Shown here: positions 1-9,601 of the stretch, piece after piece
Position numbering within the stretch: position 1 is the stretch's first letter
How the letters are laid out: the number at the start of each line of letters is the position of its first letter
IMG/VR virus record: IMGVR_UViG_3300023281_001229
Span: 1-64,000 of that record
Source: a virus
Direction: 5' to 3' (one strand)
Length of the DNA stretch: 64,000 bases
Made by a program: the position numbers and the translations under genes
Notes under the pieces: model-generated
Told to the model about the DNA's origin: nothing
Database searches by the model: none
What the model saw: only the letters and a program-made list of their open reading frames with translations

Positions 1-28
1 ATCATCACTCTTAAAACCCTTAACCTTA

Positions 29-1342
29 ATGAGCATAGATAATCTTTTCAATGCACGCAAAACAGCCATTGAATACACCGATGAGCAGAGACAAGCATTA
101 CTTAAAATACATAAATTCCTTGAGTCTAAAGATCGTTTCTTTTTACTTGCAGGATATTCAGGTTGCGGTAAAACAACTTTAGCCGAAAACATTGCCAATT
201 ACAAAAATGCCACTCTACTTGCACCAACTAATGCAGCAGTCAACAGACTTAGAGAAAAAATAGATAACCCTAATTTAGATTACTCTACTATACATTCTGC
301 ATTATTCAAAGCAACTGATAAAGCCAAAGGAGTTTCATTTACTGAAGGAGGCGAACTCAGAAGATTTGGAGTTTACATTATTGACGAATGCTCTATGATT
401 GATCAATACATATTGGAAGTACTTATTAAAAAATGTACAGAAAAAGAATGTAAAATGATTTTTATGGGCGATAGCTTTCAATTAGAACCTGTAGGCCGTA
501 ATCCTAATATATTTAATTGGGACAAAGCATACTCTTCAATATTTTTAGAACATAATAAGTATGAGTTAACTGAAGTCAAAAGATATGATGGAACACTGCT
601 TAATATCGCTACGCAAATTAGAACAAACAAAAAAAGCGTTTTTAAGCAACCAGAAGATTCTGACCTCACCATTGTATCAAAATTTGGTTCAAGTCTTGTA
701 GAAGACATGGAAAGCAACAATGATTACGTTGTACTAACATCTACAAACAAACGTAGAATTGCATATAACACAAAAATTAGAGAATTCCTGCTTAAAGATG
801 AACCTGATTTTAATCCTAATACAATATATAACCAGGAAGTTCTAGTATCTGTAGCCAATTCTGGCGGATATTCTAATGGAGAAATTTACAAAGCTATAAA
901 CCCTATACATAGATTTAGTTTTTCAATTACTATAGAAAACAGAAAAGGAGAAAATATGAGTTACATGGCTCATGTGTATGACATTAATAGATCATTACAT
1001 TTAATTGTTCCTAATTTGTTAGAAGCATCCTTGCACGGAAAACAAATACTAGATTCTATAGAAATGCTTGACAATATTTCTTATAGCCAAAAGAAATCAC
1101 TTATTATGACATTTGGCAGATATGGAAAAAAACAAAAATATTTTAATAAAAATATTACCATATCTACATTTGGCTATGCAATTAGTTGTCATAAAGCACA
1201 AGGTCAAGAATGGGACAATGTATATATTGATGCATTTTTTCTTATGCCTAACTGGCACAAAGCAAAATGGTTTTATACAGCTATCACAAGAGCAAAAAAT
1301 AAAGTAGAAATTACTAATAACAAATATTTAAAAATAGAATAA
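29..1342 (+). CDS. Dda/RecD-like superfamily 1B DNA helicase
   Basis: Walker A GYSGCGKT, motif Ia APTNAA, Walker B IIDECSM, motif III GDSFQLEPV, motif V YAISCHKAQGQEW and motif VI YTAITRAK. Confidence 0.9.
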   Translation: MSIDNLFNARKTAIEYTDEQRQALLKIHKFLESKDRFFLLAGYSGCGKTTLAENIANYKNATLLAPTNAAVNRLREKIDNPNLDYSTIHSALFKATDKAKGVSFTEGGELRRFGVYIIDECSMIDQYILEVLIKKCTEKECKMIFMGDSFQLEPVGRNPNIFNWDKAYSSIFLEHNKYELTEVKRYDGTLLNIATQIRTNKKSVFKQPEDSDLTIVSKFGSSLVEDMESNNDYVVLTSTNKRRIAYNTKIREFLLKDEPDFNPNTIYNQEVLVSVANSGGYSNGEIYKAINPIHRFSFSITIENRKGENMSYMAHVYDINRSLHLIVPNLLEASLHGKQILDSIEMLDNISYSQKKSLIMTFGRYGKKQKYFNKNITISTFGYAISCHKAQGQEWDNVYIDAFFLMPNWHKAKWFYTAITRAKNKVEITNNKYLKIE

Positions 1343-2025
1343 TGCCAAATCACGTTTATAGTTCAATACAAATTGACACAGATGATGAAAATTTAATAAA
1401 CCTGTTACATGAAATTAAAAAAACAGGTATATGTACTTATTTTAGACCAAGACCTAAGAAATTAGGTCTATATTCTTCACCACCTAAAATTGTTAAACCA
1501 TCTGAATATCTAATGGCTGTAGAAAATGTCATTCTATATCCAAAACAACATGTTAGTTTACCAATGACTCAAGAAATCCAAGATAAACTTATCAAAAAAC
1601 ACGGATCAACTAATTGGTACGATTGGTCAATAAGTAACTGGGGGACTAAATGGGGATCTTATGATGAACAATTTAATGAAGACGGTACTTATGACTATGT
1701 TTCAGCTTGGAGTCCTGTAGATTCTGAAATAATTTTACAATTTGCAAAACTTATACCTGATTTTACATACCAATGGGTAGAAGAACAAGGATTTGGAGCT
1801 GAATATACATTTGAAAATGGAGAACTAGTACATGAATGGAGTTTTGATTATCCTGAATGGATAGAGGCTGAAGAAGCTATATTTAAAGATGAGGAAGTAA
1901 CAATTCTCACAAACAGTTATAAAAACCTTGACGGTGAATTTAAAGCAGGTTATTACTATGCTTTTGACCTTAATGAATTTTTAGGAGAAACTGCAGAAGA
2001 AGCAAATAAATGTTTAACATCATAA
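1342..2025 (+). CDS. DUF1281/YubB (Api92-like) ferredoxin-like domain protein
   Basis: N-terminal MPNH, WYDWSISNWGTKW and SAWSP..EEQG motifs typical of this family; TAATG overlap with the helicase stop. Confidence 0.7.
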   Translation: MPNHVYSSIQIDTDDENLINLLHEIKKTGICTYFRPRPKKLGLYSSPPKIVKPSEYLMAVENVILYPKQHVSLPMTQEIQDKLIKKHGSTNWYDWSISNWGTKWGSYDEQFNEDGTYDYVSAWSPVDSEIILQFAKLIPDFTYQWVEEQGFGAEYTFENGELVHEWSFDYPEWIEAEEAIFKDEEVTILTNSYKNLDGEFKAGYYYAFDLNEFLGETAEEANKCLTS

Positions 2026-2038
2026 AATTATAAATAAA

Positions 2039-2494
2039 ATGAATGAAAAAGAAAAAGAATTAATAAACGAATTGCTAAAAGCAATAGAAAAAAATTCAAC
2101 CGGATTATGGGTTGATGATTTGTCAGAAACTGTAGATTGTGTAATTTTAAACACTGAAGATATTGCAGAAGGAGATGAAGATGAAAGAGCAAAAAATGAA
2201 CCAACTTATTATACTGGAATAAGTTATGCTATTGGTAACTTAACAAAGTATATGAATAAAGTTAAAGAAAATAATATAGTTCAAGCAAAACAAACATTAA
2301 AAGCTAATGGCTATATTGTTGACAATTTATGGCAAACTTGTGATATTAAGCAGAACTACATTTGTGATGATTCTACAGCCGAATATATTGTTTCTAAAGC
2401 CGTATGTTCAGAACAAATTACAAGTGCAACTTTTGAAATAATAGATGAGTATGCTCAAGATGAAAAATTAAAAAGAGTAGATGATGAAAATTAA
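2039..2494 (+). CDS. hypothetical phage protein
   Basis: 151-aa ORF in a tightly packed + strand run. Confidence 0.75.
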   Translation: MNEKEKELINELLKAIEKNSTGLWVDDLSETVDCVILNTEDIAEGDEDERAKNEPTYYTGISYAIGNLTKYMNKVKENNIVQAKQTLKANGYIVDNLWQTCDIKQNYICDDSTAEYIVSKAVCSEQITSATFEIIDEYAQDEKLKRVDDEN

Positions 2495-2741
2495 ATTAGA
2501 TAAAACAAAAGAGAGAGATGGTAAAACATATCATCTTTCTCTAATTACAGAAGACTGGTATTTTTATAGTGATTATAAAAACAATATACCAAAATCTAAT
2601 ACATTAGGTTTTGATAAAAACACTGATGAAGAAGTAGCTCCAGAACACGCTTATTTTGGACTATATATGCACCTACCAGATGATAAACATGTCTGGATAA
2701 GTGATGAACTAAAATCAATTTATAAAAAAATGAAAAAATAA
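2481..2741 (+). CDS. hypothetical phage protein
   Basis: 86-aa ORF overlapping the previous stop; the start may be the second ATG at 2484. Confidence 0.65.
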   Translation: MMKIKLDKTKERDGKTYHLSLITEDWYFYSDYKNNIPKSNTLGFDKNTDEEVAPEHAYFGLYMHLPDDKHVWISDELKSIYKKMKK

Positions 2742-2744
2742 TTT

Positions 2745-3281
2745 ATGGAAATAGAATTAATAAATTCAATGGGAAGGTATACTCAAAAAAGCAATACCTT
2801 TTTATATCCACTATTAAATTTAACAGTAAATCCAATAGAAACATATCTAAAATTTGACGATATTGATTTATCTGATGAGCGATTTTTAATTGCATTATAT
2901 TGGACGGAAGATAAAAATTACCTTAAACACAAATTAGATATATTAAACAACAAATATTTTGATAATATATTTTTTGACGATGTTTTTGCTATAGTAATTT
3001 TTAATATGTATTCACTTAGAAATGAATATGATAAAATTATAAAAGGTGAATATTCCAAAGTATCTAAAAATTGCAAAGCTATTGTTGCTGATCAAACTAC
3101 AGATCCTGTTATAATTAAATGCATGAATCCAAATAATAATTATAAAGAATTTGCAAAAGCTTTAGGAGTAGAATCAGAAATGTTAAAAGGAAAAGAACTA
3201 TTATCACCACCTCAAGATAAAGCAGAAGTTTTAAATGTTAATAAAACAATAAAACAAGAAATAATAGATACTTATCTGTGA
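2745..3281 (+). CDS. hypothetical phage protein (last gene of the + strand block)
   Basis: 178-aa ORF, 3 nt after the previous stop, converging on the virion module. Confidence 0.75.
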   Translation: MEIELINSMGRYTQKSNTFLYPLLNLTVNPIETYLKFDDIDLSDERFLIALYWTEDKNYLKHKLDILNNKYFDNIFFDDVFAIVIFNMYSLRNEYDKIIKGEYSKVSKNCKAIVADQTTDPVIIKCMNPNNNYKEFAKALGVESEMLKGKELLSPPQDKAEVLNVNKTIKQEIIDTYL

Positions 3282-3424
3282 AAAACGTGAAAATCTAATG
3301 TAAAAATTCCTAAAAAAATTCTGTATGTAGATATAGGCTCATTATCTGATGGGCCTATATATTCCCAACCTAATGCAAATCTGTCATGAGGCCATGTTGT
3401 AATTAATTCTAATTGCCAATTCAT
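3272..3424 (-). CDS. small hypothetical protein, 50 aa (MNWQLELITTWPHDRFALGWEYIGPSDNEPISTYRIFLGIFTLDFHVFHR); not in ORF track
   Basis: ATG 3 nt after the stop of the upstream giant gene, A-rich leader, open for 50 codons to TAA at 3274-3272; fills the gap between the two gene blocks. Confidence 0.65.
   Translation of the reverse strand: MNWQLELITTWPHDRFALGWEYIGPSDNEPISTYRIFLGIFTLDFHVFHR
3331..3360. terminator. hairpin near the convergence of the two transcription blocks (possible bidirectional terminator)
   Basis: ATATAGGCTCAT-N6-ATGGGCCTATAT inverted repeat with one G-U pair; weak U tails; lies inside the 50-aa ORF. Confidence 0.4.
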
Positions 3425-3427
3425 TTT

Positions 3428-6400
3428 TTAATATTTTTCCAAAAACGCTTTGGCATCTTCTTCTGTTAGACCATATGTATCCTTTATTTCTTCTGGTGAT
3501 GATTGAACTAAACGATCAACATTAGGTAAGTCAGGAATTTGTTTTATTCCCCAATCAAAGATCCCTTCTCTAAAATATCTTTTTTCTCTTTTAATAACAT
3601 CTTGAGGATATAATAAATCTCCTTTAACTCCAACCAATCTACCAAAAATATTCCAAATCTTATATCTATCTTCTTCTTGCCAAACATATGGGCCTGGAGC
3701 TTTTTTAACAATTCCATCTTCATCGTTAGTAGTTATATTTCTAACCTCATCTATTAAAGCAAAAATCTCTTTAACCGCACCTCCATCTGCTAAAGGAGAT
3801 TGTAGAGTAGCTATAGAACCAGCAGTAAAGAAAGCTTGTTCTGGATTAAATGTTCTTTCTTCATTTTCAACTCTTAAAATTATTCTAAGAGCTTGTAGTT
3901 TAAAATAATTTTCCCAACTAAAAGCAGCTCCATTATTTACTGTATACTGCTTTGAAACAAAAGGATTATCTTCACCCAAAGCACTTGTAGATGCTTTTAA
4001 TACACTATTCATATTATAAAAAGAATCTTCATCAGGATTCCAAGCAATACTAAAATCCTCATCATCACTATCCTGAAAGTAAATCATCATTTGTAATTGA
4101 CGTAGTAAATATTGAACTAATACTGTAGCCAATACATTTAAAAAACCTTTTCTAGTTTGCCACGACATTTTTTTAGGATTATAAGTACCATTCCACAATT
4201 CATTAATACCTGTAAATAAAGACAGGTAAGTACCAATTTCTGCTTGCTTAGATGCTAAATTAAGTCTGCGATTTCCCCATTTACCTTTTTTTGTTCTTAT
4301 TTGATATTTATCTAAAGCCATCCCTGGAAAAAACTTTACTAAAAATAAAACAAATTTACCTAAAACTGTACGATAAGCTTCCGGTTCAGTGTACTCTGAA
4401 GCAACACCAATATTTTTTTGTAAAAAAGTTTGATGAGCATTTGTTATATCTGTTAATTTACTACCTAATTTAATTTTACCTTTCTCATCATAACTTATAG
4501 ATAACTCAGCAGGAACACCTTCCTTTGTATAAATTTTACCATCTCTTAACTCTACAGCATCAGCCAAAGAAACACTTCTACCATCTAATTCAAAACGAGC
4601 ATGTTCAAGCATAGCTAAAAATTGATGAACAACAGTTGAATCATTTAAATAACGTCTATCAGCATAAAAGAAAGAACCTTCTGCTACAGATGTACCAACT
4701 GTTCTACCTGCTCTACCACCTATTTCTTTTTTAAGTCCTGACGGCAATGCTCCAGCAACATCTAATAATTGTAATACAGCACTAGGTACTTCATTTGAAT
4801 ATTGTTTAGCAATCATTTCTTTAATCACCATTAAACTTTTTGCTCTGGTAACAGCTAAATCTTTTGTGTTATACCATCTACCTTCAGTAGATTTTTTCCA
4901 AGTCATTAATTTACCACCAAAATAATTAGTCAAAGATTTAACAGGATCTAAAGCAAAAGACATAAATGCCATTTTTTGCGCTGCTATTCCAATTAGTTTA
5001 GATACTCTTAACTCAACCTTACCTAAACCTTCGTCTTGTTGATCAGAAAAAGTTTTTATACTTTGACCTTTTAAATGTTTACTAATTAATGATTGAACTT
5101 GCTTTGCTCTTTTTGAAGCCTTTGATTTTCTTTCTGTTAATAAAGATTGATTTTTTGCAATTTTTTTAACTTCTAATTCAGCTAAAATATTACCTTCTTC
5201 AGTTGTTGACATTACCTCCAAAGTATTTTTTAATAAATTACTTACAGAATTAACATCGCGCATTGCTTTAAACTGCTCTACAGAATAAGCGTGATCCATT
5301 ACAGATTCAATTATATTAGTACTAACATCTAAAAGAGGTAATTTAAAACTACCTGATATAGGCCTAGAGAATGAGTTGTAAATAGATTTATCTGCTGTAG
5401 ATCCTGTATAAAATCCTATTTCATAATCATCCACTGCTTGATACCAAGTATCTCGTAATCTTAATTTTTTTCTGTTCCACCAATTTCTATCGTAAACTTC
5501 TAAAGCTCCTTTTCTATATCTTGGATAACTCAAAAATAATCTTTGAGAATTGTCTAATAATTTTTGATTATTTAAATGAGCTTTTTTTACATGATCCAAT
5601 AAATTCCATTTAGCCCGATCTTCATTAAACATTGCTTTATAAGAAGCATCAATGTACTTATTAGTTTTTGCAAAGTTAGGTTGATTAGGATTGTAATCTT
5701 TAGGGAGCCACTTTCCTCTATTATCTCTATTAGCTAATATTAAATTACCACTTTCATCTACATAATCTTCAAGAATTTTTGGTGTTTGATATTGCTCTTT
5801 TACTAATCGTCTTTGATAAGCTCTTGTAGGAATTCTTGGTACTCCATCAACTTCAATAAACCCTCTTTCACTAAATTGCTTAGGCATTCCTACTGCTGCT
5901 TTAGCTTCGTACTCACTAATATCACTTGGATTGCTATATGACCAAACTGGAGTAGATCTATAAATTGTTTCTGTTGATGCATAACGTCCTGTTGTATCAT
6001 ACTCGTCAATCTCTTCAGTATAATGATTTCTATCAAACCATTCTGCAAATTCAGGATTAGCTTCTTTTAAACGCTCTATTAATTTTATATTTTTGGTAGT
6101 ATCAAAAAGTTCATTAGCAATAGGCATATCCCCATCTAAAATATCTACAGCTCTTTGCGAATCAGCAAATATTTTTTTACTTTCCGGATTAGATGTTACA
6201 AATTTAGTAAAAGTTTCAATGTAAGTTTGTGTTAAACCAGAACTAGTCATTTTAGATAAATATTCATTTACTTTTCTTAAAGTAAGAACATCAGTTTTAG
6301 TTATACCAAATCTTAATAAAGTTGCTTCAGCTACATCCCAAAACCTTTGATGAAAAATTCGATCTTCATTTGATAAATATTTACCTTGATTATTCATATA

Positions 6401-9400
6401 GAAATTATCAATATTTCTATATCGGCTTAAATCCGCTTTAGTTACACCACTAGCTAAAAGCCATTTATCTTTCATATCTGCAATCTCTTGCATTATTTTT
6501 TGAATTTCTTTTTGGGCTTTAGCGTTTATTTTATTTCCATCATACTGATTAAAATCATCACGAGTACCTTTTATAATAGCAAAAACTTTTTCATATAAAG
6601 GACCTACATCTAAATCTTCATTATTTGCTGCTTGTAATTCAGCTAATATTTCACTACGCTTTTCAATTAATTGTGTTCTAACATCGTAATAACTTTGCTT
6701 TACTGAAACTGTAGTATTTAACAATAACCATTCTTTAACTTTTTCATCATAAGCATCAGTATTTTCTTTAAGACCAGCATTTTTAAGTCCAAGTTTAAAT
6801 AAATCAAACGTGTCATTAAACAAACCTTCTTTCTCTTCCCATTCGTAAAATTCTTGAATTTCATTCCTGTATTCAATTAACCTTTCAGCTATAGCTAAAG
6901 CTTTACCTGTTTTAGTCTTACCATTTTCATCATAAATATTAGATAGATTTGCATACTCAGTCCATAATAAATCTAACGCTGCTGATTTTTGTCTTAAATC
7001 TCCTGCTAATGTTATATTATCTTCTACTTGACGCATCCGTCTAAAAATATCATTTTGAGCAGCTCTAGCTTCTGTTCCTAACTCATCATATAAATATTTT
7101 TTTTGAACTTCATAATAGCGAGGATCATAATCCCGATTCATATAATCAGTTAAAAATTCTTCTAGTTCTTTTTGTGCATCGTTATAAGCTTTTTCTGTTT
7201 CCTCAGTTTGTCTAAAATTAAAATCTTTTTTAGCTTCTAAAACCGCTTGTGTTAAAGTATTTAAATCAAACTCATAATCTTTAAAATTGCTTTTAAATCT
7301 ATATTCTAAATATTCAATTACTTTGCCATCCTCATCTAATTCAAAAGATTTGTTAATAGTACTAAGATCTTTACCCATAGCCCCTTCACTAGCAAATCTT
7401 GATTTTACATCTCCATAACCAGCGTCTTTCATTAATTTATCTAAACCATTATACAATTCAGATCTTCTTGCATTCGCATTACCATCTATTGTATTAAAAG
7501 TTTTTTGTAGATAAGTTGCAAATCCACCTACTATTAAATCTTGACTATTTAAATAAGACTCCATTAAACCATTTAAAACACCAGCATCGGGTAATAGTCC
7601 AGCAGCATAAGCTTTTAATTGATCTTTACTGATATCATGTCCATCATAAGACTTTAATCTTAATTGAGACAATTCTTCAGTTTCTTTCCTAGAAATTGTT
7701 GATTTAGAAATAGATTCAAGTTCAAGTAACCTAAACTTCTCCTCTACAGTAATGCCGTAATATTCTAAATGTAATTTATTATACATTTTTAAATTATTAG
7801 AATCTTTAGCCGATTGCATCTGATCTAAAAAATCTTGTTTAATAGGCTCCATTTGCTCAGTTAAAGTATCATAAAGTACATCTATAACTTTATCAGAAGA
7901 TAACCTATTTGCTATTCGCTGAGCTTTATATAATTTTTCTTCCAACTCATTTAATGCACTGTTCCATTGAGAAGAGTTTAACAAAGAACCTTTTTTCCAA
8001 GTTTCTATTTGTTGTTTCCAAACTTCAACAAATTGCATTATTGCAAAAACTTGATCAAACTCATCTGTATCAAAATTTTCAATCTTTTCTAACTCTTCTA
8101 ATTTACTAATGTATTTATCTGCAACTTGTTGTGTTATAAAAATAGAATCAGAAAATGCTTTTATTCTTTGTACAAACTCTAAAGCATCTTTTTCTAATCT
8201 AGTATCGCCTTCTACTTTAAGTTTATCCAAAGGCATAACTAATTGTCTATTGCCAATAGTAACAATATTTTGCATTAAACCTTCTACCTTTTGAAGTAAA
8301 CCTTCTCGGTTAGTATCAGCTAAATCTTTTTCTATTTTTTTAAAAATATCATTTTCTAATTGAAACCTAGATAACTGGTTAGCCGTTATTTGATAAAACT
8401 GGTTCATCATAACTTGAGTTTTTTCAGAAGCATTTTTCTGTAACTCTTCTTGCATTTTTGTATAATCTGTTTCAAACATTGTAAACAGATTTTTTTCTAA
8501 AAACTCTTGATTTAAAACAAACTCTTTACCATAATTAATCATCTCTACAAATTGAGATAAAGTAGTCTTGTCATTTAATTTAGAAATATTTATTTTTTTA
8601 CCAAACTGCCCTCTTAAAAATTGCTTTATAGCAAAGAAGATCTTTTGTATCCAATTTTTAACTTTAGGTTCTTCTGTAATATTTGTATCACCATTGATTG
8701 CTTCTAAAGCCTGAACAATTGCCTCTTCCATATACTCAGCAGTTCCTGGCGTATAATAACTGTCTTGATTTAAATTGGTAATTATTGTTTGTCCAATCTC
8801 AGTTTTAACTAACTCTTCAAAAAGACTATTGAATAATTTAGGATTATCTTGAGATAAAGATTTAATAACAGGATGAGCAAACTCATGAAAAACACTACTT
8901 GCGCTTAAAGAACCTTTTGCTAAATATACCTTACCTCCTCTATAAAAGTTTTTTCTAAACGGCTCATTGGGAAATAACGCTGCCATATCTTCATCACTAA
9001 TGATTTCATAAGGTATGTTTAATTTTTTGGAAAGAGCTTCCGCTAAATTTAAAGCAACCGTTTGATTATCTTGCTCAACAATTGTATTAAAATTATCTTT
9101 TACAAACTTTAAATAATCTTCCGGTGTTTCTAAAGAAGGCTGTTTTCCAAAGTCTACCATCATATCTGCCATAGTTTCAAAACTCTCTTCAATCCGGGCA
9201 TTAATTTTTTCTTGAATAACAGATGATGGACGAACAATTTTATTGTTTTCAAAATAGTCACGAAATGCTTCCTGCTCTCCTATAGCATTAGCTACTTGAT
9301 TAAACTTTTCTAACTGTAGGGAATCAGTAGGTTTTCCATTCTTTTTAATTAGTTCTAGTAAAACATAATTGTCAATTTCAACAACATCTGTTTTTTTATA

Positions 9401-9601
9401 ATTCCAATTATCAGACTCTACAGAAAAATCTAATTTAGATTTAGAAAGTTCTGTTTCTTTCAAAACCATTTCTTCATTATTAAAATTTTCATTTAATAAA
9501 TCACCATATTTTTCATTGTATATGATCTCAGCCAATAAAGGATTAGGTTCAGTTTCTAATATTTTTTTAAACTCAGGACTATTTGGATTTACACACGCCA
9601 T
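3428..9601 (-). CDS. giant ejected virion protein of the RNAP cluster with an N-terminal zincin-like (HEFAH) domain
   Basis: ~2057 aa; likely start MACVNPN at 9601 (TAATG overlap with the RNAP stop); FHEFAHP...EEAIV motif; follows the RNAP gene as in crAss-like phages. Confidence 0.75.
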   Translation of the reverse strand: MACVNPNSPEFKKILETEPNPLLAEIIYNEKYGDLLNENFNNEEMVLKETELSKSKLDFSVESDNWNYKKTDVVEIDNYVLLELIKKNGKPTDSLQLEKFNQVANAIGEQEAFRDYFENNKIVRPSSVIQEKINARIEESFETMADMMVDFGKQPSLETPEDYLKFVKDNFNTIVEQDNQTVALNLAEALSKKLNIPYEIISDEDMAALFPNEPFRKNFYRGGKVYLAKGSLSASSVFHEFAHPVIKSLSQDNPKLFNSLFEELVKTEIGQTIITNLNQDSYYTPGTAEYMEEAIVQALEAINGDTNITEEPKVKNWIQKIFFAIKQFLRGQFGKKINISKLNDKTTLSQFVEMINYGKEFVLNQEFLEKNLFTMFETDYTKMQEELQKNASEKTQVMMNQFYQITANQLSRFQLENDIFKKIEKDLADTNREGLLQKVEGLMQNIVTIGNRQLVMPLDKLKVEGDTRLEKDALEFVQRIKAFSDSIFITQQVADKYISKLEELEKIENFDTDEFDQVFAIMQFVEVWKQQIETWKKGSLLNSSQWNSALNELEEKLYKAQRIANRLSSDKVIDVLYDTLTEQMEPIKQDFLDQMQSAKDSNNLKMYNKLHLEYYGITVEEKFRLLELESISKSTISRKETEELSQLRLKSYDGHDISKDQLKAYAAGLLPDAGVLNGLMESYLNSQDLIVGGFATYLQKTFNTIDGNANARRSELYNGLDKLMKDAGYGDVKSRFASEGAMGKDLSTINKSFELDEDGKVIEYLEYRFKSNFKDYEFDLNTLTQAVLEAKKDFNFRQTEETEKAYNDAQKELEEFLTDYMNRDYDPRYYEVQKKYLYDELGTEARAAQNDIFRRMRQVEDNITLAGDLRQKSAALDLLWTEYANLSNIYDENGKTKTGKALAIAERLIEYRNEIQEFYEWEEKEGLFNDTFDLFKLGLKNAGLKENTDAYDEKVKEWLLLNTTVSVKQSYYDVRTQLIEKRSEILAELQAANNEDLDVGPLYEKVFAIIKGTRDDFNQYDGNKINAKAQKEIQKIMQEIADMKDKWLLASGVTKADLSRYRNIDNFYMNNQGKYLSNEDRIFHQRFWDVAEATLLRFGITKTDVLTLRKVNEYLSKMTSSGLTQTYIETFTKFVTSNPESKKIFADSQRAVDILDGDMPIANELFDTTKNIKLIERLKEANPEFAEWFDRNHYTEEIDEYDTTGRYASTETIYRSTPVWSYSNPSDISEYEAKAAVGMPKQFSERGFIEVDGVPRIPTRAYQRRLVKEQYQTPKILEDYVDESGNLILANRDNRGKWLPKDYNPNQPNFAKTNKYIDASYKAMFNEDRAKWNLLDHVKKAHLNNQKLLDNSQRLFLSYPRYRKGALEVYDRNWWNRKKLRLRDTWYQAVDDYEIGFYTGSTADKSIYNSFSRPISGSFKLPLLDVSTNIIESVMDHAYSVEQFKAMRDVNSVSNLLKNTLEVMSTTEEGNILAELEVKKIAKNQSLLTERKSKASKRAKQVQSLISKHLKGQSIKTFSDQQDEGLGKVELRVSKLIGIAAQKMAFMSFALDPVKSLTNYFGGKLMTWKKSTEGRWYNTKDLAVTRAKSLMVIKEMIAKQYSNEVPSAVLQLLDVAGALPSGLKKEIGGRAGRTVGTSVAEGSFFYADRRYLNDSTVVHQFLAMLEHARFELDGRSVSLADAVELRDGKIYTKEGVPAELSISYDEKGKIKLGSKLTDITNAHQTFLQKNIGVASEYTEPEAYRTVLGKFVLFLVKFFPGMALDKYQIRTKKGKWGNRRLNLASKQAEIGTYLSLFTGINELWNGTYNPKKMSWQTRKGFLNVLATVLVQYLLRQLQMMIYFQDSDDEDFSIAWNPDEDSFYNMNSVLKASTSALGEDNPFVSKQYTVNNGAAFSWENYFKLQALRIILRVENEERTFNPEQAFFTAGSIATLQSPLADGGAVKEIFALIDEVRNITTNDEDGIVKKAPGPYVWQEEDRYKIWNIFGRLVGVKGDLLYPQDVIKREKRYFREGIFDWGIKQIPDLPNVDRLVQSSPEEIKDTYGLTEEDAKAFLEKY

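Noticed and set aside
478-1307. ORFs 478-720 (-) and 1113-1307 (+)
   Set aside because: Nested in the helicase gene with no independent support
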